Notes under the pieces: model-generated
The model's database searches: none
What the model saw: the letters and a program-made list of their open reading frames with translations, nothing else
Told to the model about the DNA's origin: nothing
Part shown: positions 9,610 to 19,116 of the stretch, one piece after another
How the letters are laid out: each line of letters opens with the position of its first letter
Numbering within the stretch: the stretch's first letter is position 1
DNA from: a virus
Taxonomy: Duplodnaviria; Caudoviricetes
Virus record (IMG/VR): IMGVR_UViG_3300033463_006479
Location: 1 to 64,000 of that record
DNA: 64,000 nt
Strand: one strand, 5' to 3'
Translations under genes and position numbers: made by a program

Positions 9610-10119
9610 TCAGTTGCCAAGGACTATCGAACCGCCCTCAACGTGTTTTGCCCTCTCATTTTCACCAAGCATATTTGTCGGGCGTTTCTTCTTTCCACGC
9701 TTGGCATCCCTTTCGTTCAACGCAGCGTTTGTGCTTGCGTTAAGTTTTTCTGCGGCTGAAGTTATCTTGTCCCCAGTTGTCGGCTCTGGCTTGTCTGGCG
9801 GTGTCGCCTTCTGCGGTGTCTTTGCATACACGACAGAAGCATCACCGACTTTCGGTATGCTGACAAAATCATTCAAATCAACGGCAAACGGGTTGTATAT
9901 GTTGTTAGCCCACATAATGGCATCAATCTTTGAACAGTCGCCATAGTATTGGTATGCTATCTTGTCAAGGCGCATTTCCTCGCTTGTCTGTACAAAATGA
10001 ACGCTGTCCGTTATCTCCGATAACAGCTCGTAATTGGCGGTAGGAGCGGATATGTCCAGAAACTCCCCGTCTGGCGTGGTGATTTTCGGTTTTGTTGTCA
10101 ACGTAGGATTGTCCATCAA
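9610..10119 (-). CDS. Baseplate wedge protein, T4 gp53-like (LysM-like)
   Basis: RLDKIAYQYYGD...IMWANNIYNPF...IP motif. Late promoter at 10136-10143. Confidence 0.7.
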   Translation of the reverse strand: MMDNPTLTTKPKITTPDGEFLDISAPTANYELLSEITDSVHFVQTSEEMRLDKIAYQYYGDCSKIDAIMWANNIYNPFAVDLNDFVSIPKVGDASVVYAKTPQKATPPDKPEPTTGDKITSAAEKLNASTNAALNERDAKRGKKKRPTNMLGENERAKHVEGGSIVLGN

Positions 10120-10135
10120 GCAAATATACTATGTA

Positions 10136-10143
10136 TATTTATA
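10136..10143 (-). promoter_or_regulatory. T4-type late promoter TATAAATA
   Basis: Exact match upstream of the baseplate gene. Confidence 0.65.
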
Positions 10144-10166
10144 ACAGCCGTCAAATATGATAACTT

Positions 10167-10874
10167 CTACACGCTAAATTTCGGCTGTTTGTGCGGCTCA
10201 TATTCCAGATTGCAACCACGGAACATATTGTGGTTGTATTTGGCCTTATATGCTTTCCATTTGGAAAGGTCGCCAGTGAATTTTGCGTATTCAAACATAT
10301 GGTTCATCATCTCAACATTTTGCACATCCCAGTCGGATATGTCTTGGTTGAAATCCGAATACCCAAACATTCCAGTCATATACACAACATTTCTGACATT
10401 CCATTTGGAAAGGTCGCCATTGAATATTGAATGCTGGAACATATAACTCATAGTTTCAACATTGCCCACATCCCAGTTTGATATATCACCACAGAAATTG
10501 GAGTTTTTGAACATTCTATACATATTGTTCACTTTTGAAACATCCCATTTTGATATGTCCCCGTTGAAATTTGAGAACATAAACATACCTTCCATATTTC
10601 TCACATTGCCGACATTCCACAATGATATGTCCCCGTTGAACGCAGAACCGTTAAAAAGAAATGACATATCCGTTATTGCGGAGGTGTCTATGTCGTTTAA
10701 ATCACATTCAAACCCAATATCCCCAATTCTGTCTATAACCAAATCCGCAAGTTCGTCCTTGGATTTTGGTGAAAACCTATAAAACCCCCTACCATATTTG
10801 GCGAGTTGGGATTTTGAAATCGGCTTGATTGTGAGCTTTTCTGATATGTATTTTTTTGTGTCAAGTATTTCCAT
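10167..10874 (-). CDS. Tagged DUF285 repeat protein
   Basis: MEILDTKKYISEKLTIKPISKSQL followed by DUF285 repeats. Confidence 0.85.
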   Translation of the reverse strand: MEILDTKKYISEKLTIKPISKSQLAKYGRGFYRFSPKSKDELADLVIDRIGDIGFECDLNDIDTSAITDMSFLFNGSAFNGDISLWNVGNVRNMEGMFMFSNFNGDISKWDVSKVNNMYRMFKNSNFCGDISNWDVGNVETMSYMFQHSIFNGDLSKWNVRNVVYMTGMFGYSDFNQDISDWDVQNVEMMNHMFEYAKFTGDLSKWKAYKAKYNHNMFRGCNLEYEPHKQPKFSV

Positions 10875-10876
10875 AG

Positions 10877-10991
10877 TTAATTGAATCTCGGATGTTTTTC
10901 TATATCGTGTAACAGTCTTGACATATCCGTTATCTTTGATGTGTCAATCTTGTTCCAGTCATAATCATTTTCGTAAATGAGATATCCTAAC
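10877..10991 (-). pseudogene. DUF285-family remnant interrupted by a TnpB element
   Basis: Reads (M)LGYLIYENDYDWNKIDTSKITDMSRLLHDIEKHPRFN*. The IDTSxITDMS motif is shared with the DUF285 genes. Confidence 0.6.
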
Positions 10992-12306
10992 GGAATTATT
11001 CCTTTTAGTCTTGTAAGACTTCAAGTTCAATAGTCGCTTCATTGCTGTCCGTTTGTTCACCAGTTTTCTTGGGTTTTGCAAACGGTTGGTACACAGCTCC
11101 ACGACTGTACTCGGCATTCCTTGCCGAGATATGTCTCTGCCATTCGTCTGGTTCATATTGCTCATTGTTCTTTGCTGCGTTGATATCTCTGTCGTGATGA
11201 GCACCGCAGTTCGGGCAAGTCCAATATCTTACTGCCAGATTTTTGACTTTCTTGTTTATGTAACCGCACTCGCTGCACATTTGGCTTGATGGGTAGTATC
11301 TGTCAACTTTCATCATAGTCTTGCCGTTCCATCTGCATTTGTATTCGAGTGTCTGAACGAACTGATACCAATTACATTCGGATATGGCTTCTGCCAACTT
11401 ATGATTTTTCATCATTCCCTTAATATTCAAATCCTCAACTTTTATCAAGTCATAAGTTTTGACAAGTTCTGTGGTTATCTTATGTATATAATCAGTTTTG
11501 ATGTCTGTAATTTTCTGATATATTCGGTTGCATTTCAACACTTGGTTTTCGTATCTTTTGCTTCCATAAACCTTCCTCGCCAGACATCTCTGATACCTTT
11601 TCAGTTTTCTTTTGTAATATCTGATTATGCTGCGTTTGTTTGCATATTTGAATCCTTTGCTTGTGATTATAAGTTCCTTTATTCCGAGGTCAAGACCGAC
11701 ACGCTCATAGGTTTTGTTGCTTGGCGTGTAGTCCTGCTTGACTGTTATGGCTATATAATATTTGCCAGCCTTGTTCTTTGAGATTGTGGCAAAGCAAATT
11801 TTGCCTATAATCTCACGCTCCATAACTATTTCTATTCCGCTTTTGAGTTTCGGAATATAAAGTTTGCCATCCTTGATATGGAATGTGTTAGGCTGTGCAA
11901 TCTTGAACGACTGCTTGTCCCTTCTGTTCTTGAACTTCGGATAGGAGTTTCTGCGCTTGTAGAAATTGTCATACGCAGTGTGCATATTTCTTAAACTGCA
12001 TTGAAGTGATTGCAAAGGAACGGCATTCAAGAACTCAAACCCTTCAGTCTTACGAAGTTCTGTTAATTTACCAGACTGTACATTATATGAATCACTTGTC
12101 TTGGATTCATTATATTGGTTTTTCTTTTCATTGAGGAAATAGTTGTACACAAGCCTACAACAGCCGAACACATTGGCAAGGTAATCCTGCTGCTCTCTGT
12201 TCGGATACAACCTAAACTTGTATGTGTAAACTCTTTCCATCTGATTGAAATTCTATATTCTATTTATATCAATTGCATTTTTACAAGACTAAAAAGGATA
12301 ATTCCG
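10991..12306 (-). mobile_element. TnpB-only element, type 1, with ~26-bp terminal inverted repeats
   Basis: CGGAATTATTCCTTTTAGTCTTGTAA at 10991 is nearly the reverse complement of TTACAAGACTAAAAAGGATAATTCCG ending at 12306. A second copy lies at 62006-63321. Confidence 0.85.
11005..12240 (-). CDS. tnpB: RNA-guided endonuclease TnpB
   Basis: YKFRLYPN HTH, RuvC motifs GLDLG / VEDL / DRDINAA, and Zn finger CSECG..CPNCG. Confidence 0.95.
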   Translation of the reverse strand: MERVYTYKFRLYPNREQQDYLANVFGCCRLVYNYFLNEKKNQYNESKTSDSYNVQSGKLTELRKTEGFEFLNAVPLQSLQCSLRNMHTAYDNFYKRRNSYPKFKNRRDKQSFKIAQPNTFHIKDGKLYIPKLKSGIEIVMEREIIGKICFATISKNKAGKYYIAITVKQDYTPSNKTYERVGLDLGIKELIITSKGFKYANKRSIIRYYKRKLKRYQRCLARKVYGSKRYENQVLKCNRIYQKITDIKTDYIHKITTELVKTYDLIKVEDLNIKGMMKNHKLAEAISECNWYQFVQTLEYKCRWNGKTMMKVDRYYPSSQMCSECGYINKKVKNLAVRYWTCPNCGAHHDRDINAAKNNEQYEPDEWQRHISARNAEYSRGAVYQPFAKPKKTGEQTDSNEATIELEVLQD

Positions 12307-12311
12307 ATTTT

Positions 12312-12881
12312 CTATAAATCACGGACAAGCCTCAACGGAAATGCGTATCTGCCCTTATCCACCTTTTTCGTATAGACAAACGGGTCGTTGTATCTTCCGC
12401 AAAATCTGTATTTTACGCCGCTTTCTTCCTTAACCCATATCATAAATATGTTATCATCAACGTGTTCCTTGTTCTCCACATAGCCAGAATAGATTGCGTT
12501 GAAACTATATAAGTCATCACCTCCATATTCAGCAGACAGCAAATTTTGGAATTTGTCCATACAATGCGTTCTCAAACTCCTTATGTCATCCATAGTCGGC
12601 ATATGCCACCCCTCTGGTATAATCTTCAATGCACTTTCATAAGTGTAGAATACCCCGTATTCTGGATTGTCGTTGAAATAGAAAAAATCCTTTTGCGGAT
12701 AAAGGCGTTCCTTATATGGTAACAATTTTAAGTTTTCCGTAGTCCAGTATCTGTCACGTATCTTGACTATGCGACCGAGCAAAGCGTCATTATAACAACC
12801 GCTGAATCCCATCAGCCGTTCCCTTGTAATCGGATGTATGTCAAGTTTCTCGTTGAATTGCTGTGCGTTAAGTATTTCCAT
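12312..12881 (-). CDS. Tagged FISUMP-domain protein
   Basis: Tag QQFNEKLDIHPITRERL. FISUMP motifs W..ENL, YG.FY, PEGWHMPT..D and LRLVRD. Confidence 0.75.
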   Translation of the reverse strand: MEILNAQQFNEKLDIHPITRERLMGFSGCYNDALLGRIVKIRDRYWTTENLKLLPYKERLYPQKDFFYFNDNPEYGVFYTYESALKIIPEGWHMPTMDDIRSLRTHCMDKFQNLLSAEYGGDDLYSFNAIYSGYVENKEHVDDNIFMIWVKEESGVKYRFCGRYNDPFVYTKKVDKGRYAFPLRLVRDL

Positions 12882-12912
12882 ATTCTAAATCTTATTTGTT
12901 TGTTTTTCCACG

Positions 12913-14295
12913 TCAAATTGTTTTCATATTTGTAATTTCAAAATTGCCGCTAACCTTTTCAAAATAGTCAAAGTCCATAGGATTTGGCTGGTTATCGTCT
13001 TCCAATAATTCCAATGTTGCAAATGTGTTCACACAAAGATTATCGTCCATATTTGAAACATATCTGTATGTCGCATTTTCATCCCACAATTGGTTATTAT
13101 ATCTGACAAATATGCCTTCCGACAATTTGGTGTCATTCTTTTTTACAATAAAATTGAAAATATCAGTATATTTTTCAATATCGTTTTTGCTTATGTATAT
13201 ATAAGCCCGCTCATCACCATAACCGTATCTGCCTATTGATATGATTCCAGTCCTTAACAGACTTTTCGGATGTAAAACCGAATTGACATACGACTGCAAT
13301 CTGCCGTTTGTCATAGGTTGTATCGCCAGTTTCTCTTTTATATAATCCAATGTATTCAGTATTCTCATATCAATTTTTGCTTTCCATATAAGTGTGGTCT
13401 GCGGAAGTTTCTGGTCGAATGTGATTCTTTTAAAATAATCAAAGTCCATATCACTTGGCTGATTCTTGTCTTTCAATATCTCAACTATGCTGAATTTGGA
13501 ATAAACCAGATTGTCATCCATATCCGAAATATATCTGTACGATAAACCTATGTTCGGAAAATCGCCCTTTAGCCGCACAAGCACGCCGTCTTTGGCATTT
13601 TCAACCTCATCGGAAAACATTGAAAAACCAATAACATCTTTATATTTTTCAATATCGGCATATTCCAAATAGATATAAAACAAGGTATCTTCCAACTCAT
13701 TTTTGAGATTTCTCCATTCACCTTTTGCTATATAACCAGTTTTCAGCAGGTTTTTTGGCGTTTTTGTATAAGAATACGACTTCAGCAGTTCTCTTGTTAC
13801 GGGTTTTATTCCAAGGTTTTCGTTTGCTTTCGCTGGATTCGCATTCGGGTTTTTCCACAATATGTGGCAATTTTCCAACGGAGGGTCATTGAAAAAACTT
13901 ATATCCAACGGCTGATTCAGATTGTCGTTTCGGTAAACGCATACCGCCTTGTCTATGTAATTTGATAATGTGTTGTCAAGCAATCCAAGGTATGATTCAA
14001 AATATCCATCATTGAACGGCTTTGTTGATATAAAACAGCCTTTGTCATATATCTTGACATTGGAAGTGTCTGGCAATTCAAGTTCAAGCATACCATCATA
14101 CTTGTATTTTTTTATGTCTTTATATGTGACATAAACGCTTTTTATTCCGCTTTCCCCCAAAAGTATATCGCCACTTTCCAGCCAGTCCTTTATGTTTGCT
14201 ACTGGAGGAAGATGCAGATTGGACATTCTGCTTTTTGTAAATGGCTTTATGTCAAGTTTCTCGTTTATGTATTGCTTGGTTTTCAATATTCTCAT
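12913..14295 (-). CDS. Tagged three-module protein (three TGD-type domains)
   Basis: Tags at the N-terminus, at ANENLGIKPVT and at MRILNTLDYIKEKLAIQPMT, each followed by an L(E/K/R)(S/T)G domain. Confidence 0.8.
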   Translation of the reverse strand: MRILKTKQYINEKLDIKPFTKSRMSNLHLPPVANIKDWLESGDILLGESGIKSVYVTYKDIKKYKYDGMLELELPDTSNVKIYDKGCFISTKPFNDGYFESYLGLLDNTLSNYIDKAVCVYRNDNLNQPLDISFFNDPPLENCHILWKNPNANPAKANENLGIKPVTRELLKSYSYTKTPKNLLKTGYIAKGEWRNLKNELEDTLFYIYLEYADIEKYKDVIGFSMFSDEVENAKDGVLVRLKGDFPNIGLSYRYISDMDDNLVYSKFSIVEILKDKNQPSDMDFDYFKRITFDQKLPQTTLIWKAKIDMRILNTLDYIKEKLAIQPMTNGRLQSYVNSVLHPKSLLRTGIISIGRYGYGDERAYIYISKNDIEKYTDIFNFIVKKNDTKLSEGIFVRYNNQLWDENATYRYVSNMDDNLCVNTFATLELLEDDNQPNPMDFDYFEKVSGNFEITNMKTI

Positions 14296-14298
14296 AGT

Positions 14299-15129
14299 TT
14301 AATTTATTATATCTCCTTTCAGCCAACTTGGTTTATTTTCTGGTAAAATAAGGTTTGGATTATCACTGCAATAAAAATTCCCACCAACCATACTCGGAGC
14401 TCCTTCAAGGGAAGTCAGACTATTACGACTGCAATTAAAATTTCCACCGACCTTTTGTGTTGCGCATTCAAGTGAGGTCAGTTCATTATCATTGCAATAA
14501 AAATCCCCGCCAACCATACTCGGAGCTCCTTCAAGATTGGTCAGATTGTTACCAATGCAACTAAAATCCCCACAAACTTCATTCGGTGCTCCTTCAAGTG
14601 TGGTAAGTTTATTGTTATAACAATAAAAATTCCCGCTCACTTTCTGCGGTGCTCCTTCAAGTGAAGTCAGTTTATTATCACGGCAACTAAAATCCCCACC
14701 GACTTTCTTCGGTGCACCTTCAAGTGTGGTAAGTTTATTGTTATAACAATAAAAATTCCCGCTCACTTTCTGCGGTGCTCCTTCAAGTGAAGTCAGTTTA
14801 TTATCACGGCAACTAAAATCCCTACCAACTTCCTGCGGTGCACCTTCAAGTGTGGTCAGATTAATATTAGTACAATAAAAACCACCACCAACCTTCCCGA
14901 ATCTTATTTTCAGTTTTCCATTAATTACTATATCCTCTAATACGATAACATCACCTTCGCAATCATAACACATTGTTTTTGGATTCCATATAAGATTGTT
15001 GCTTTCTGTGAATTGTCTTGATTTTTCATCAATATAATGTTCTTCCCTAAATTTGGAAAGCCTATCCTTTGTTACTGGCTGTATGGCCAGTTTTTCGTTT
15101 ATATATTCGTTTGAATCCAGTATTCGCAT
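14299..15129 (-). CDS. Tagged 21-aa LRR protein
   Basis: MRILDSNEYINEKLAIQPVTK followed by LTTLEGAPxxVGGxFxCxxNx repeats. Contains a near-exact 126-nt internal duplication. Confidence 0.85.
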   Translation of the reverse strand: MRILDSNEYINEKLAIQPVTKDRLSKFREEHYIDEKSRQFTESNNLIWNPKTMCYDCEGDVIVLEDIVINGKLKIRFGKVGGGFYCTNINLTTLEGAPQEVGRDFSCRDNKLTSLEGAPQKVSGNFYCYNNKLTTLEGAPKKVGGDFSCRDNKLTSLEGAPQKVSGNFYCYNNKLTTLEGAPNEVCGDFSCIGNNLTNLEGAPSMVGGDFYCNDNELTSLECATQKVGGNFNCSRNSLTSLEGAPSMVGGNFYCSDNPNLILPENKPSWLKGDIIN

Positions 15130-15134
15130 AATTA

Positions 15135-17318
15135 TTATTTTGTTATAAACACACCGTTCACCCAACTTGGCTTCTCTTCTGATAAAACAAGGTTTGGATT
15201 ATCACTGCAAATAAAATTACCGCCAACCACACTCGGAGTTCCTTCAAGTGTGGTCAGTTTATTGTTACCGCAATAAAAATTTCCGACCACTTTATTCGGT
15301 GCTCCATCAAGGGTGGTCAGTTTATTATTACTGCAATTAAAACCACTTCCAACTTTCTGTGATGCTCCTTCAAGGGTGGTCAGATTATTATTACTGCAAT
15401 CAAAATACCCGCCGACTTCATTCGGTGCTCCTTCAAGGGTGGTCAGTTGATTGTGAAAGCAAATAAAATCCCTACCAACTTTTTGTGGCGCACATTCAAG
15501 CGTGGTCAGATTATTAACACTGCAAAGAAAATCACCGCCAACCGCACTCGGAGCTCCTTTAAGTGTGGTAAGTTTATTGTTATTGCAATAAAAATCCCCA
15601 CCGACTTTCTTTGGTGCTCCCTCAAGGGTGGTAAGTTTATTATTACTGCAATCAAAACTTCCGCTCACTTCCTTTGGTGCTCCATCAAGGGTGGTAAGTT
15701 TATTATTACAGCAATCAAAATACCCGCCGACCTTCCCGAATCTTATTTTCAGTTTTCCGTCATTAAATATATCCTCCGATACTCTAATATCACCTTCACA
15801 GTCATAACTCATTGTTTTTTGATTCCAAATCAATCTGTTTTCTTCTATGAATCTCCTTGCGTTTTTGTCAACAGAAGGCTCTTCTTTCATTTTGGCAAGC
15901 ATATCCTTTGTGACTGGGTGTATTGTCAGTTTCTCGTTTATGCTTGCGCCATCAGCTTTCCACACGCATCTCAAATTGTCAATGTTATCAACCAGCATAA
16001 GCAGAAGAGTTGATGTAATCGGTGGATTTATTATATCTCTGTTCCTATATATTGCAACCGCTTTTTCTGTAAATGTGCTTTTCTTCAGATTTAGGTTGTC
16101 ATCATATTTGGATACTGGAAGTGCCAATATGTCATATATAATGTTTTTGCATAAAAACAGACCTTGTGAACAATCCTGCTCTGTAGGTGGCATAGGAACT
16201 TTCCACTCCTTGAAGTCCTTTTCTGCGACAAATATCTGGTATCTTCTTGTGTCTCCCGCATATTCAGTCACAAGCACATCACCGCTTTCAAGCAGCAGTT
16301 TCGGTTTTTTTGAAAACAATTTTTTTACTGAATCCAGTCTGGATTTTGTAACGGGTTTGATGTCAAGTTTCTCGTTCATATCAATGCTTTTTGATTCCCA
16401 CACACATTTGAGATTGTTTTCATAAACAATGGATTCCAGTTTATTCACCAAATCAATTGTCAGCGGAGGCTTTATATCGGTCGTGCCCCTATATATGGCA
16501 AACGGCATTTCTGGAAGAGTTTTATGCGGCTTGATGAGGTCATCATCATATAATGACAACGGATATAATAATATACCGTATAAAAGATTTGCACAAGCAA
16601 ACGTACCTTTAGTGTAATCGTAAAGCTGGGCATCCGTTGGATTCACGTTCCATTTTTTGAAATCCTTTTCTTCTATGAATATTTGATATATTTTCATATT
16701 TTTTGAATACCCAGATACAAGTATGTCCCCCGTTTTAAGCAGTAATTTCGGTTTCCTTTGTAATTCGGCCTTCTCCGCATCAAGTCGGCTCTTTGTCATA
16801 GGTTTTATATCCAGTTTCTCCGCAATCACATCATTGTTTCTTTTTTTCCATACACATCGTTTTCCAGCATCAGTAGGATTTTCAAAATAATTTGAATCCA
16901 AAGGCTGCTGTTTTTTCTCGCCCCTATAAATGGCTGTTATTTGCCTTACAACTTCTTTGCCCGCAATCTGTGTTCTATAATGCAGGTTGTCATCAAATAT
17001 GGAAACAGTCATTATGTGCAATCCGTGGCCGACCATTGGAAACACAAACGCACCTTCCTTGAACTCCGCATCGTCTTTAAGGTGATACAAATTCAGTTTT
17101 GTGTTATAGTCGTAATTTTTGAAATCGTCATAGGACACATACGTCCACAACTGGTATGACTTGGTGTCATTCGGCCTTATATATATCAGAACTTTCACAA
17201 CATCACCAGTTTCAAGAATCGGTTTTGGGTTTCTCTGAATTGCAGCCAGCCGACTTCTTGTCATAGGTTTTATGTCAAGTTTCTCGTTTGCGAATCGTAA
17301 TGTGTCAAGTATTTCCAT
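15135..17318 (-). CDS. Tagged four-module protein (three TGD domains plus LRR)
   Basis: Four EKLxIxP tags. Start moved to MEILDTLRF, downstream of the promoter at 17338. Confidence 0.85.
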   Translation of the reverse strand: MEILDTLRFANEKLDIKPMTRSRLAAIQRNPKPILETGDVVKVLIYIRPNDTKSYQLWTYVSYDDFKNYDYNTKLNLYHLKDDAEFKEGAFVFPMVGHGLHIMTVSIFDDNLHYRTQIAGKEVVRQITAIYRGEKKQQPLDSNYFENPTDAGKRCVWKKRNNDVIAEKLDIKPMTKSRLDAEKAELQRKPKLLLKTGDILVSGYSKNMKIYQIFIEEKDFKKWNVNPTDAQLYDYTKGTFACANLLYGILLYPLSLYDDDLIKPHKTLPEMPFAIYRGTTDIKPPLTIDLVNKLESIVYENNLKCVWESKSIDMNEKLDIKPVTKSRLDSVKKLFSKKPKLLLESGDVLVTEYAGDTRRYQIFVAEKDFKEWKVPMPPTEQDCSQGLFLCKNIIYDILALPVSKYDDNLNLKKSTFTEKAVAIYRNRDIINPPITSTLLLMLVDNIDNLRCVWKADGASINEKLTIHPVTKDMLAKMKEEPSVDKNARRFIEENRLIWNQKTMSYDCEGDIRVSEDIFNDGKLKIRFGKVGGYFDCCNNKLTTLDGAPKEVSGSFDCSNNKLTTLEGAPKKVGGDFYCNNNKLTTLKGAPSAVGGDFLCSVNNLTTLECAPQKVGRDFICFHNQLTTLEGAPNEVGGYFDCSNNNLTTLEGASQKVGSGFNCSNNKLTTLDGAPNKVVGNFYCGNNKLTTLEGTPSVVGGNFICSDNPNLVLSEEKPSWVNGVFITK

Positions 17319-17337
17319 ATATAGATTATTCCGTATA

Positions 17338-17345
17338 TATTTATA
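17338..17345 (-). promoter_or_regulatory. Late promoter TATAAATA
   Basis: Exact match about 20 nt upstream of the ATG at 17318. Confidence 0.65.
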
Positions 17346-17347
17346 AC

Positions 17348-17378
17348 AAAAAACGCAGGAATTTGTATCCTGCGTCCG
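17348..17378 (-). terminator. Intrinsic terminator
   Basis: acgcagga/tcctgcgt stem with a U-tract on the minus strand. Confidence 0.65.
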
Positions 17379-17383
17379 TAATA

Positions 17384-18334
17384 TCATATCCTTGTATGAG
17401 TGCTGAACAAGCCCTCACGCTCATACACAACTTCAGCATTGTCTGTCGGCGGATTTTTGAAATACTCCATCGGCAACGGCTGTTTTATATCATTACGCAA
17501 CACATATTCGGTAACACGATGCATCTTCACACGTTCAAGATTGTCGTTGAACGCAAAAAACGGAGCGTATGTAAATGCGTTTGCTTGATAGTATTTCACA
17601 ACAACGCCTTCCTTTTTTATGTAATCTGGTATGTTGATGAATGGCAAATTGAGAATGCTTCCATAATCATATTTGACAAAATCATCACCAGATATATAGA
17701 CACTCGTGTATTTTAGGTTTCCGTTGGAATTGGCCGAGCGTTCAACGATTATGTCGCCAGTCCTAATCTTGTCTTTCGGTGTCAATGCAAGTTCGGCCAA
17801 TCTTGTCTTTGTTATCGGTGTTATGTCAAGTTTTTCACCAATGACATCAATAAGTCTGGTTGGAAGATGCCAGATACAATCATATCCAGACAAATCTGGG
17901 TGGAAGATTCTGTCGTATATTTCTTTGTTAGTCAGTTCGTTTGACGAATGAAATATCTCCGAAACATACTCAAACCCGTGTATTCTTCTTCTTTGCAACT
18001 GATTGCTGTATTGTTCAATTGGCGTTTTGAACAATTCCTTATCTGTGTGTGAAAAATGAAGAAGCAAACCTTCGGTGTTTCTTATGTTATATGACACTCC
18101 AAGTTTTTCAAAATCATTTTTTGACACAAACACCCTCAACACTATGCGTTCCCGTACAACAATGTCATACGAATTTAAGTCTTGAAATACGCTTTTAACT
18201 ATGTCGCCAGTCTTGAGCATAAGTTTCGGAATTCCGTTATATATCTTATCCACGCCAGACTTCAGAACGGATTTCTTTATCGGCTTTATGTCAAGTTTCT
18301 CGCTAATGTGTTTATCGGTGTCAAGTATTCTCAT
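17384..18334 (-). CDS. Tagged two-module protein (two TGD domains)
   Basis: Tags HISEKLDIKP and VIGEKLDITPITKTRL, followed by LKTGDIV and IRTGDII. Confidence 0.8.
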   Translation of the reverse strand: MRILDTDKHISEKLDIKPIKKSVLKSGVDKIYNGIPKLMLKTGDIVKSVFQDLNSYDIVVRERIVLRVFVSKNDFEKLGVSYNIRNTEGLLLHFSHTDKELFKTPIEQYSNQLQRRRIHGFEYVSEIFHSSNELTNKEIYDRIFHPDLSGYDCIWHLPTRLIDVIGEKLDITPITKTRLAELALTPKDKIRTGDIIVERSANSNGNLKYTSVYISGDDFVKYDYGSILNLPFINIPDYIKKEGVVVKYYQANAFTYAPFFAFNDNLERVKMHRVTEYVLRNDIKQPLPMEYFKNPPTDNAEVVYEREGLFSTHTRI

Positions 18335-18339
18335 AGAAT

Positions 18340-19107
18340 TTATTTATACCAATATGGCGGATTGTATGCAAGCGGAGAATATGCAAACATTCCATCAGTG
18401 TTTGTGCTATCGCCCACATTCCACTTTGACAAATCTTTGTCAAAATAAGTTGCTTGGAAGAACATCTCTTTCATATTTCCAACATTACAAACATTCCAGT
18501 CGGATATGTCGTTATTAAAGACAGAATGCGAAAACATACATTCCATTGTGCGTACATTTGACACATTCCATCTGGAAATGTCCCCGTTGAAATATCTGTT
18601 GCCGTTGAACATACATTCCATTGATGTTACACTTGACACGTCCCAATCGGAAATGTCGCCAAAAAAATCGGATTTATCGAACATTCCCTTCATTTCTTTC
18701 ACATTGCTTACATTCCATCTGGAAATGTCGCCATTGAATTGTGATTCAGAAAACATATACCTCATATCTTTTACGTTCCTCACATCCCATTTTGAAATAT
18801 CCCCGTCAAAGTATGAATTTACAAACATACTATTCATACTCTCAACATTGCTGACATCCCATTTGGATATGTCGCCATTGAACATAGTGTTCATAAACAA
18901 ACAGTTCATATCAGTAACTCTGTATGTCAGTATGAAATTCAAGTCAGCATCATTCCCGTATTCCTTTATGGCATCACGAACCAAGTCACTTATGGTTTTA
19001 TCTGTCGCAACAACCGTATTCCCCCTTAACTCGGAAAGCCTTGTTTTTGTAACTGGGGTTATGTTCAGTTTCTCGTTTATATAGTTATCCGATTTAAGTA
19101 TTTTCAT
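18340..19107 (-). CDS. Tagged DUF285 repeat protein
   Basis: Tag, ADLNFI cap, repeats and a SPL..PxWYK end. Confidence 0.85.
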   Translation of the reverse strand: MKILKSDNYINEKLNITPVTKTRLSELRGNTVVATDKTISDLVRDAIKEYGNDADLNFILTYRVTDMNCLFMNTMFNGDISKWDVSNVESMNSMFVNSYFDGDISKWDVRNVKDMRYMFSESQFNGDISRWNVSNVKEMKGMFDKSDFFGDISDWDVSSVTSMECMFNGNRYFNGDISRWNVSNVRTMECMFSHSVFNNDISDWNVCNVGNMKEMFFQATYFDKDLSKWNVGDSTNTDGMFAYSPLAYNPPYWYK

Positions 19108-19116
19108 TGTTTCAAT

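Noticed and set aside
10991-12306. TnpB elements as self-splicing IStrons
   Set aside because: Only about 65 bp lie upstream of tnpB, leaving no room for a group I ribozyme. The junctions do not consistently follow the U/omega-G rule.
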